The notes below the pieces were generated by a model. That model made no database searches, was not told where the DNA came from, and was given only the letters and a program-made list of their open reading frames with translations. The translations under genes were made by a program, and so were the position numbers. A stretch of DNA of 64,000 nt. Source: Macrostomum lignano (Eukaryota). This document shows, one piece after another, positions 17,901 to 29,900 of the stretch; the first letter of the stretch is position 1; each line of letters starts with the position of its first letter. The stretch lies in contig NIVC01001863.1 in the NCBI GenBank assembly GCA_002269645.1, forward strand, positions 124,001 through 188,000, given 5' to 3'.

Positions 17901-20900
17901 TCTTCCCAAATCCTCAACCTGTTCCCAAATCCCTAGCCTGCTCCCAGATCCCTAAACTGTTACCGAATCCTCAACCTCTTCCCAAATCCTCAACCTGTTC
18001 CCAAATCCCTAGCCTGCTCCCAGATCCCTAAACTGGTACCGAATCCTCATATTGTTGAGTTCCCGAATTCGAAACGTGAATCCGTGAAACCCGAGAAGAT
18101 CGTTGCCGGGCAGTCATGAAGAGAAAATATTGATAATTATTCAAACCCGCAGCTGTCCCGGTGGCTCACAGACGCGAGCGGTCAGGAGGCGGTCTACTAC
18201 AAGTGAGTTGCTATGCAGAATTAAATATTTTCGAAGCGGGACCCCATGGCCGCAGCGTGCCGAAATCCGCAGAGCTGATCAGCGCTCCCGGCCGGTGCCG
18301 CTGAAGACTCTGGTGCTGGGCTATCATCGGGGCGCCGAGCAGTCCGCCTTCAAGTTCGACATGAACCTCAACTACCGCCTAGCTGGTTTGGTGGCCGCTC
18401 ACGCTGAGGCCAAGCCGGCTCTGATTGTGAGTGACTCCCCTGATTGTGAGTGATTCTTCTGATTGTGAGTGACTCCCTGATTGTGAGTGATTCCCCTGAT
18501 TGTGAGTGATTCTCCTGATTGTGAGTGACTCCCCTGATTGTGAGTGATTCTCCTGATTGTGAGTGATTCTCCTGATTGTGAGTGACTCCCCTGATTGTGA
18601 GTGACTCCCCTGATTGTGAGTGATTCTCCTGATTGTGAGTGATTCTCCTGATTGTGAGTGATTCTCCCGATTGTGAGTGACTCCCTGATTGTGAGTGATT
18701 CTCCTGATTGTGAGTGATTCTACTGATTGTGAGTGATTCCCTGATTGTGAGTGATTCTCCTGATTGTGAGTGATTCTACTGATTGTGAGTGATTCCCTGA
18801 TTGTGAGTGATTCTACTGATTGTGAGTGATTCTACTGATTGTGAGTGATTCCCTGATTGTGAGTGATTCCCCTGATTGTGAGTGATTCTACTGATTGTGA
18901 GTGATTCCCTGATTGTGAGTGATTCCCCTGATTATGAGTGATTCCCTGATTGTGAGTGATTCCCCTGATTATGAGTGATTCTCCTGATTGTGAGTGATTC
19001 TCCTGATTGTGAGTGATTCTCCTGATTGTGAGTGATTCTCCTGATTGTGAGTGATTCTCCTGACTGTGAGTGATTCCCCTGACTGTGAGTGATTCCCCTG
19101 ATTGTGAGTGATTCCCCTGACTGTGAATGATTCCCCTGACTGTGAGTGATTCCCCTGACTGTGAGTGACTCCTCTTACTGTGAGTGACTCCCCTGACTGT
19201 GAGTGATTCCCCTGACTGTGAATGATTCCCCTGACTGTGAGTGACTCCCCTGACTGTGAGTGATTCCCCTGACTGTGAATGATTCCCTGACTGTGAGTGA
19301 TTCCTCTGACTGTGAGTGACTCCTCTGACTGTGAGTGACTTCCCTGACTGTGAGTGATTCCCCTGACTGTGAGTGATTCCCCTGACTGTGAGTGACTCCC
19401 CTGACTGTGAGTGATTCCCCTGACTGAATGATTCCCCTGACTGTGAGTGACTCCCCTGACTGTGAGTGATTCCCCTGACTGTGAATGATTCCCTGACTGT
19501 GAGTGACTCCTCTGACTTGAGTGACTCCCCTGATTGTGAGTGACTCCTCTGACTTGAGTGACTCCCCTGATTGTCACTAGCATGGCAGGTAGATTTCATA
19601 GGCAGTTTTTTCATTATTTTTATCGCTAAAGCTGGAACAAAAACCATGATTTCTTCATAGTGAAATTGGCCTCCAATTAGGTTGAATAAAAATTTCTGAA
19701 CTCACAATGTACTTGTACTCGATTAGCCCTTGCTACCTTTGAATGCGAACTTGCAAGCAGGTAAAGCTACATTTCTGTCCTGCCTTTGCCGTAATGAAGC
19801 CAAAGCAACATCCCAATAACTCTACTGCTGCCAGTAGTCAGTAGCATTTCTAGACAGAGTTGCGCCTCCCCTCTGTGGTAGTCTATGGCCGATTGCTGTG
19901 GAATGAGAAACAGCTGCTTTCGCTCATGTGAGTAGCCTGAGTTGCCGAGCACAAAATCAGTCAGCTCGCATCCCGCCGAAATTTTTTGTTTAAATTGCCG
20001 CATCAAATTCGACAAGCTGGAGCAGCGGCAGCAGCAGAAGCAAAAATGCAGCAGAAGCCGCGGCGGAAGCCGCCGAGAGGCCGCTGGCGATGATGAGGAG
20101 CCACTGGCGAGCGACAAGTTTCTTCTCCAGCGCGCGGGCAAGTACCAGCTGGTTGAAGAAGACGAGGACAGCATCGAGGACTTGGACAGCGACGACTGCG
20201 AGGCCGACTGCGACGGCGACTGCGAGGCCGACTGCGAGGGCGATGACGAATTCGTTGGCGACGATGGCGCCGGCGGCGGTGGCGGCGACGGAAGCGGCGC
20301 GTTCGCGGACTCCGAGATCATGGACCTCTGCCCCATCCTGGATCAGCAGGAGATCGCCGAGGTGGCCAAGATGCTCGACCTGCCCAGCGAGGAGGTCGAG
20401 TTCCCGCCGGAGCGGGACGACAGCGAGGCGGAAGGCGACGTCGAGACCGAGGTCGGCGCCGCAGCTGGCGCCACCGGTTCGTCCGCCTCGCAGGCAGCCA
20501 AGCCGCTCAGGCGCTTAAAGAAGAAGTTTGCCGCTAGGCGCTGGCGGCGCCGGGCCGCCGGCGTAGCTTGGGAGGCCGGGGACGAAGAGTCGGAGGGGGG
20601 CGCGGCGGACGAGGCAGAGGAGGAGGATGAGGACGAGGACAAGGGCAGCGCTGAGTCGCTGTACAGCTGCCGGCCGGACAAGAATGTGGAGTTCTACCGC
20701 CTGCCGGACATTTGACAGCAGCTAACTGACTTTGCTGCTAGACTAGGCATAAAGCATTCACTTTCGCCTGTAGCTGCTAAGTAACTTTGCATTGCCTGGC
20801 AACTCTTACTTTCAATGCTAAAGTGTAACTACACGCTTGCAGTTATTGTTCCTACGGCACTGATATTTTCTCAAAGATAATAAGCACAATAAGAGGATTC

Positions 20901-23900
20901 TACCTGCTTTGTCTGAAGTCCTTTAAAGCTCTAGAATGCATCGAAAATAGCTCAGGAAAATTGTCTCCTTCGATCAATTAAGGCTGCTTGTTTTCCGGTT
21001 TTATATGGCAGGTTCCAAAGCTCCCATATTGGTTTGGCTGTAGCCTAGTAGTCTAGCGCGGCGCTCTGATGTGCCAGCGGCCCAGGCTGGATACCGAGTG
21101 CAGTCAAATTGGGGCTGAATTGGAATCTCGGCTTGGCTCCTCTGCTCTTGTGCAATTAGCACCCTTGAGGGCCAACCCGCAAGGCGTGAAATGTACATGC
21201 CTAACGATAAATAAAGTTAGGGCTGCTGTACACTCCTGTGTGAGTGTGTGCCAGTGCGTATGACTGCGTACGTATCCGAGCGCTTGTGCGCCTGCTCAGG
21301 GGAGTCGGCGGAATGGGCAGTAATGCCTCCAGCCGGTTGTGTGACAATGTCGCTTAAAGTGCGGCACGGTGCACACAGGCCCCTCCTCTAATAAAAAGCC
21401 CCATCTTGCCTTCCGCCTCATCCGCCGCCTGCAGTTCTGCATCTCCCGCAAGAGCACTGAGCAGGTGTGCTCCGTCCTGCAGCGGGATCTTCAGGCCATT
21501 CTGGCTCGGGGGTCCTGTCTGGACCGCGACGTGCTGCAGCAGTTCTCCGCCCGGCTGAGCAACAAGAAGCTGCGGGGTGAGCTGGCCTAGCCGGGGTAGA
21601 GATTCCCCTAGCCGGGGTAGAGATTCCCCTAGCTGGGGTAGAGATTCCCCTAGCCGGGGTAGAGATTCCCCTAGCCGGGTTAGAGATTCCCCTAGCCGGG
21701 GTAGAGATTCCCCTAGCTGGGGTAAAGATTCCCCTAGCCGGGGTAGAGATTCCCCTAGCCGGGGTAGAGATTCCCCTAGCCGGGGTAGAGATTCCCCTAG
21801 CCGGGGTAGAGATTCCCCTAGCCGGGGTAGAGATTCCCCTAGCCGGGGTAGAGATTCCCCTAGCCGGGGTAGAGATTCCACTAGCCGGGGTAGATTCCCC
21901 TAGCTGGGGTAGAGATTCCCCTAGCCGGGGTAGAGATTCCCCTAGCCGGGGTAGAGATTCCCCTAGCCGGGGTAGATTCCCCTAGCTGGGGTAGAGATTC
22001 CCCTAGCTGGGGTAGAGATTCCCCTAGCCGGGGTAGAGATTCCCCTAGCCGGGGTAGAGATTCCCCTAGCCGGGGTAGAGATTCCCCTAGCTGGGGTAGA
22101 GATTTCCCTCCCTATGACAGCATTCAGATGTTTCATAAGAAAGCGAGTATTGTTTCAAAAACTGACTCTGAACTTCAGACTCGCTCAGTAGCGGGGTCGC
22201 CTTCCACCACGCCGGCCTGTCCATGGAGGACCGCAAATGTCTGGAGGAGGCCTTCCTGACCGGCTGCTTGCCTGTGCTGGGTGAGTTTTATCGGAATCGT
22301 AGATTGCTGGGGGTAGAATGAGAAACTGACAGTGCGGAATGAGAAACTGCCAGGGCAGAATGAGAATCTGACAGTGCGGAATGAGAAACTGCCAGGGCAG
22401 AATGAGAAACTGACAGTGCGGAATGAGAAACTGACAGGGAGGAATGATAAACTGACAGGGCAGAATGAGAAACTGACAGTGCGGAATGAGAAACTGACAG
22501 GGAGGAATGAGAAACTGACAGTGCGGAATGAGAAACTGACAGGGCGGAATGAGAAACTGACAGGGAGGAATGAGAAACTGACAGGGAGGAATGAGAAACT
22601 GACAGGGCAGAATGAGAAACTGACAGTGCGGAATGAGAAACTGACAGTGCGGAATGAGAAACTGACAGTGCGGAATGAGAAACTGACAGGGCAGAATGAG
22701 AAACTGACAGTGCGGAATGAGAAACTGACAGGGAGGAATGAGAAACTGACAAGGCAGAATGAGAAACTGACAGGGCAGAATGAGAAACTGACAGGGCGGA
22801 ATGAGAAACTGACAGGGCGGAATGAGAAACTGACAGTGTGGAATGAGAAACTGACAGGGCAGAATGAGAAACTGACAGGGCTGAATGAGAAACTGACAGT
22901 GCGGAATGAGAAACTGACAGGGAGGAATGAGAAACTGACAGTGCGGAATGAGAAACTGACAGGGAGGAATGAGAATCTGACAGTGCGGAATGAGAAACTT
23001 ACAGGGCAGAATGAGAAACTGACAGGGAGGAATGAGAAACTGACAGTGCGGAATGAGAAACTGACAGGGCAGAATGAGAAACTGACTGGGCAGAATGAGA
23101 AACTGACAGTGCGGAATGAGAAACTGACAGGGAGGAATGAGAATCTGACAGTGCGGAATGAGAAACTTACAGGGCAGAATGAGAAACTGACAGGGAGGAA
23201 TGAGAAACTGACAGTGCGGAATGAGAAACTGACAGGGCAGAATGAGAAACTGACTGGGCAGAATGAGAAACTGACAGGGAGGAATGAGAAACTGACAGTG
23301 CGGAATGAGAAACTGACAGTGCGGAATGAGAAACTGACAGGGAGGAATGAGAATCTGACAGTGCGGAATGAGAAACTTACAGGGCAGAATGAGAAACTGA
23401 CAGGGAGGAATGAGAAACTGACAGTGCGGAATGAGAAACTGACAGGGCAGAATGAGAAACTGACTGGGCAGAATGAGAAACTGACAGGGCGGAATGAGAA
23501 ACTGACAGGGCAGAATGAGAAACTGACTGGGCAGAATGAGAAACTGACAGGCAGAATGTGCAGCCGGCACAGGTTAAGCAATCAAGGAAAATATGAATTC
23601 TCCGTCACCCAATTAAGCTACCCATCCTAAAACCTGCAGCCTGCACCAGCACCCTGGCCATGGGTGTCAACTTGCCAGCTCACCTGGTCATCATCAAGGG
23701 CACGCAGCTCATTGCCGGCTCTGAGACGCACGACTATGACAGCATCAAGGTTCACCAGATGATCGGCAGGGCTGGCCGGCCTCAGGTGCGTCAGGTTTGG
23801 CTGCGATGGGGAAAAGGGCAGCTAGCTGTTCACCTGAAGCGCATTGAAAGGGTAGCTAGCAGTTCGCCTGAAGCGCATTGAAAGGGCAGCTAGCGGTTCA

Positions 23901-26900
23901 CCTGAAGCGCATTGAAAGGGCAGCTAGCTGTTCACCTGAAGCGCATTGAAAGGGCAGCTAGCAGTTCGCCTGAAGCGCATTGGAAGGGCAGCTAGCGGTT
24001 CGCCTGAAGCGCATTGAAAGGGCAGCTAGCGGTTCACCTGAAGCGCATTGAAAGGGTAGCTAGCGGTTCACCTGAAGCGCATTGAAAGGGTAGCTAGCAG
24101 TTCGCCTGAAGCGCATTGAAAGGGCAGCTAGCGGTTCACCTGAAGCGCATTGAAAGGGCAGCTAGCTGTTCACCTGAAGCGCATTGGATGGCAACTAGCT
24201 AACAATTCCCACAAAAACCGATTCCCTTGCTCATTTTTACATTCGAATTTCAGTTTGACACTTCAGCCACTGCCATCATCATGACTTCTGCTGACAAACA
24301 GGTACACTCCGTGATAAACAAAAACTTGCTACACCTTTCGTCATACTGTAATTTTTTTTACAATATTGTTCAATTTTCAACTTTTTACAATTGCAGCCAG
24401 TCTACGAGGAGATTGTGAACGGCACGCAGCTGATTGAGAGCAGGTGAGAATTTTTCTCCCGCTTCACATGTCAATCATCAACCTTGAAGTTGATTGTTTG
24501 TCTCAGCATTCCCCATTGAACTGAGCACTGGCATCTCAGCACTCCACATTGAGCTGAGCACAGGCATCTCAGCATTCCCCATTGAGCTGAGCACAGGCAT
24601 CTCAGCATTCCCCATTGAGCTGAGCACAGGCATCTCAGCATTCCCCATTGAGCTGAGCACAGGCATCTCAGCATTCCCCATTGAGCTGAGCACAGGCATC
24701 TCAGCATTCCCCATTGAGCTGAGCACAGGCATCTCAGCATTCCCCATTGAGCTGAGCACAGGCATCTCAGCATTCCCCATTGAGCTGAGCACAGGCATCT
24801 CAGCATTCCCCATTGAGCTGAGCACAGGCATCTCAGCATTCCCCATTGAGCTGAGCACAGGCATCTCAGCATTCCCCATTGAGCTGAGCACAGGCATCTC
24901 AGCATTCCCCATTGAGCTGAGCACAGGCATCTCAGCATTCCCCATTGAGCTGAGCACAGGCATCTCAGCATTCCCCATTGAGCTGAGCACAGGCATCTCA
25001 GCATTCCCCATTGAGCTGAGCACAGGCATCTCAGCATTCCCCATTGAGCTGAGCACAGGCATCTCAGCATTCCCCATTGAGCTGAGCACAGGCATCTCAG
25101 CATTCCCCATTGAGCTGAGCACAGGCATCTCAGCATTCCCCATTGAGCTGAGCACAGGCATCTCAGCATTCCCCATTGAGCTGAGCACAGGCATCTCAGC
25201 ATTCCCCATTGAGCTGAGCACAGGCATCTCAGCATTCCCCATTGAGCTGAGCACAGGCATCTCAGCATTCCCCATTGAGCTGAGCACAGGCATCTCAGCA
25301 TTCCCCATTGAGCTGAGCACAGGCATCTCAGCATTCCCCATTGAGCTGAGCACAGGCATCTCAGCATTCCCCATTGAGCTGAGCACAGGCATCTCAGCAT
25401 TCCCCATTGAGCTGAGCACAGGCATCTCAGCATTCCCCATTGAGCTGAGCACAGGCATCTCAGCATTCCCCATTGAGCTGAGCACAGGCATCTCAGCATT
25501 CCCCATTGAGCTGAGCACAGGCATCTCAGCATTCCCCATTGAGCTGAGCACAGGCATCTCAGCATTCCCCATTGAGCTGAGCACAGGCATCTCAGCATTC
25601 CCCATTGAGCTGAGCACAGGCATCTCAGCACTCCCCATTGAGCTGAGCACAGGCATCTCAGCATTCCCCATTGAGCTGAGCACAGGCATCTCAGCATTCC
25701 CCATTGAGCTGAGCACAGGCATCTCAGCATTCCCCATTGAGCACTGGCATGCTATAACAAAAATAGCAAACGATTTTAAAATCCTATTTCAACCCAGCCT
25801 CCACCATCATCTGACCGAGTATCTGAACGCGGAGATTGTGCTGCAGACCATCACCTGCGTGTCGTCCGCCGTCAGCTGGCTGCACAACACTTTTCTGGGC
25901 GTGCGGCTGCCGAAGAATCCCGCCTACTACGGTGAGAGCTCACTGTTTGAGCTCTGTTTCTCAAGCAAGAGCTTCTGTGCCTTCTCTAATCGACAACCGC
26001 TCCTGAACCCACAGACTGAACCGCTCCTGAACCCACAGACTGAACCTCTTCTGAACCCACAGACTGAACCTCTCCTGAACCCACAGACTGAACCGCTCCT
26101 GAACCCACAGACTGAACCTCTTCTGAACCCACAGACTGAACCTCTCCTGAACCCACAGACTGAACCGCTCCTGAACCCACAGACTGAACCGCTCCTGAAC
26201 CCACAGACTGAACCTCTTCTGAACCCACAGACTGAACCTCTCCTGAACCCACAGACTGAACCTCTCCTGAACCCACAGACTGAACCGCTCCTGAACCCAC
26301 AGACTGAACCGCTCCTGAACCCACAGACTGTACCGCTCCTGAACCCACAGACTGAGCCGCTCCTGAACCCACAGACTGAGCCGCTCCTGAACCCACAGAC
26401 TGAACCGCTCCTGAACCCACAGACTGAACCTCTCCTGAACCCACAGACTGAGCCGCTCCTGAACCCACAGACTGTACCGCTCCTGAACCCACAGACTGTA
26501 CCGCTCCTGAACCCACAGACTGTACCGCTCCTGAACCCACAGACTGTACCGCTCCTGAACCCACAGACTGAGCCGCTCCTGAACCCACAGACTGAGCCGC
26601 TCCTGAACCCACAGATTGAACCGCTCCTGAACCCATGGAAACGCCCTTAAACCCATCAATGAAGGCTCGCAGATCTCCGTGACCGCTGGCTGGGCCGAGC
26701 GCCTGATGATGGAGCGCCTGCAGCAGCTGGCTCAGCTGGAGCTCATCTCCGCCAGCGACTTGGCCAGCAGCGGCGACATCGGCGCCGTCCAGGTGTCTTC
26801 GCGACCCGCCGGCCGGCTGATGGCGCGGCACTGCGTGAAATTCGCCAGCATGCGCCGAATCTGCGAACTGCAGCCGGACGCCTCGTTGGAGGCGCTGGTC

Positions 26901-29900
26901 CGCCTGGTCGCCGAGTGCCTGCAGCTCGAGGCCGCGGAGGGTGGCAGCTTTGGCGGCGGCGACGGCGGCCTCCGGGTGTCGGACAGGCGGCCGCTGAACC
27001 AGCTGGCAAAGGGACTGCGGTTCCGGCCGGCAACTGGCGGGGTGAAGACCGCAGCGGACAAGGCGCTGGTGTTGCTGCAGGCGGAGCTCGCCTCAGCGAC
27101 TGTCGCCGACTTCTCGCTGGCGCAGGACGCGCAGCGGATGATGGCGCTGGGCGGGAGACTGGCCCGCTGTCTTGTGGATGTCTGGTGGGACCGGGGCGCT
27201 TTTGGCACTCTGACCTCTGCCATTTTGCTCAGCAAGTCCTTCAAGGTGAGAGCTTTTGGCAGTTGGTCTGCAGGGAGCCTTGAGTTGCTCAGCCCTGGGT
27301 CAGGCTGGGTTAGCTGTGTAGCTCTATTTAGTGTGACCTGGGATGTCCTTCTAAGGCGCATTTAAAGAAATTTTAAAAGATTTTAAAAGAAATTAGCTTC
27401 TAGAATACTCAGGCTCATCGATTCTCAGTACTGCAAGCTATAAAGAAAAAAACCCCAGATCATACCCCCCCGGCTCGCAGGCCCGCCTGTGGGAGAACTC
27501 GGACCAGGTGTCCCGCCAGCTGCCCGGCATCGGCCCCGTCATGGCCGCCGCCCTGGCCGCTGCCGGCTTCGCCAGCTTCGCCCGGATGGCCGCGGCCGCG
27601 CCGCACGAGCTTGAAGCAGCCGCTGGGCGCCGGCCGCCGTTCGGCGCGTCCGTGCTGTCAGCCGTGAACGGCCTGCCGCGCTACCTGCTCGGCCTGGAGG
27701 AGTCGCCGGTCGGCGACGGCTCCGAGATTCGCCTGTCCATCAGCCTGGCCAATCGGCCCGACCTGCTGCGCCGGACCGCCGCCTCCCCGGCTGGCAGGCG
27801 GGCGCTGACTGCCGGGCCCGGCCACACCTGCGTCCTGCTGGTCGGCGACGCCCGCAACCGGCTGCTGCTGCGGGCCCGCCTGCGCGACGACCGGCTGATT
27901 TGGGGCGGCGCCGACGACGCTGGCGCCAGTTTAGAGGCGCAGTTCCGCCTGCGACTGCCGCAGCCGGCCGGGCCGGAAGACCCGGCGCTCCAGCTGACCA
28001 TCGCGCTGCTCAGCGAGACCTGGGCCGGCTTCGACCTGCTTGTCAATTACGAGGCCGGAGGAAGCGGCGTGGGCGTGCAGAGCCCGTGCTTTCAGCCTGG
28101 TGAGTTTCCAGTAGAGAGAGGGGGGTCAGTTGCTCCCATTGCTGATTTTGCTATGACTACCGATACCGACTCTGCCCTCAGCTCAAGCCGCCAGCGGTCC
28201 AGGCAAGCCCGGCAAGCCGCAGCCGCAGTCAGGGCCGAACGGCAAGCGCCAGCGGGGCGGCAAGCAGGCGGCGCTTGACGACTTTGGCTTCACGCCGGTG
28301 CCAGCGAAAAAACGAACAGCTGAGTCTGAGAGGGCCGCTCAGGGTGGCGCTCAGGGCTTGCAGCAGACACCACAGAACCGCTTGCTGGAGTTCAAGCCCA
28401 GAGCCAAGCCTCAGCTGCAGCCGGTTCTCGCAAGCCAGGCCTGCTCTGCCGGACAGCTGCCAGCCCCTGGCAACCAGACTGGCTTCAGTTTCAGCGGTCA
28501 GGCCCAGGGCTGCAACAGTCAGGTCGACATTGCCGGAAACCTCTGCGGTCAGGCCCAGAGCTTCAGCTTTCAGGCAGATCCCAGTGGTCAGTCGCAGTAC
28601 TTCAATAGTCAGGCCAACCTCAGCGGTCAGCCTCAGGGCTTCAACCGTCAGGCCAACCTTAGCGGTCAGCCTCAGGGATTCAACGCTCAGGCCAACCTTA
28701 GCGGTCAGCCTCAGAGCTTCAATGGTCAGGCCAACCTTAGCGGCCAGCCTCAGGGATTCAGCGGTCAGCCTCAGGGCTTCAACAGTCAGGCTAACCTCAG
28801 CAGTCAGCCTCAGAGCTTCAACGGTCAGGCTAACCTCAGCAGTCAGCCTCAGAGCTTCAACGGTCAGGCTAACCTCAGCAGTCAGCCTCAGGGATTCAAC
28901 GGTCAGGCCAACCTTAGCGGTCAGCCTCAGGGATTCAACGGTCAAGCCAACCTCAGCGGTCAGCCTCAGGGCTTCAATGGTCAGGCTAACCTCAGCGGTC
29001 AGCCTCAGGGCTTCAATAGTCAGGCCAACCTCAGCGGTCAGCCTCAGGGCTTTAATAGTCAGGCCAACCTCAGCGGAAGCCATTGCGGACAGTTGCAGGG
29101 CTTAAAGACTCAGAACTCCAGCAACCAAGTTAGTTTCGGTAGTCAACTGCGACCTCTGCCCAGCAAATGCGGTTTAAATACCGGATATCCCGGTTCACTA
29201 TCTGGTCCAAAAGTGCAGAACTTCCGCAGCCAGCAGAGTATCAATGGGCAACTTAAAAGCTCCGCATCTCAAAGCCGCTCCAGCGTGCAGTCTCAGAGTT
29301 CAGCCTTTGAACCAACGTCCGATTCGTGGTCATTGAGAGCTAAAACCCCAGCCAACCTCAGCGGCCAGTTGCAAAGCTTCAACCCTCAGGCCAACCTCAG
29401 CGGCCAGTCGCAGAGCTTCAACCCTCAGGCCAACCTCAGCGGCCAGTTGCAAAGCTTCAACCCTCAGGCCAACCTCAGCGGCCAGTCGCAGAGCTTCAAC
29501 CCTCAGGCCAACCTCAGCGGCCAGTCGCAGAGCTTCAACCCTCAGGCCAACCTCAGCGGCCAGTCGCAGAGCTTCAACCCTCAGGCCAACCTCAGCGGCC
29601 AGTCGCAGAGCTTCAACCCTCGCTCAATCGCCCAGGCCAGTGCCAGCCAGCAGGCATCCCAGAGTCTGTACCAGAGCCAAGATAAAGATTCTCGGCCGAG
29701 CCAGAAAAGAGCATTTACCTTCAAGAGGCGATCGGCAAGCGGCAGTCAGGGTGCAAGCACAGTCCAATCAGGGACAAATAACAGGTCCGCTGACATGCAC
29801 AACCGTGCCTGGGCGGAGACTCCTCAGTACCAGCTACTCAATTTGGAATCTCAAGATTCCAGCAGCTGCCAAGCTCGTGACAAGCCTAAAGCTGTCCAGT

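Noticed and set aside
24500-25745. CRISPR-like appearance of the 33-, 32-, 34- and 42-bp arrays
   Set aside because: Units are head-to-tail with no unique spacers, there are no cas genes and the context is eukaryotic
24494-26650. 718-aa ORF and other long periodic ORFs (22175-23630, 38827-40699, 6891-7865, 1706-2434, 54126-54846 and similar)
   Set aside because: Translations of stop-free tandem repeats inside introns; only the embedded exon portions are coding
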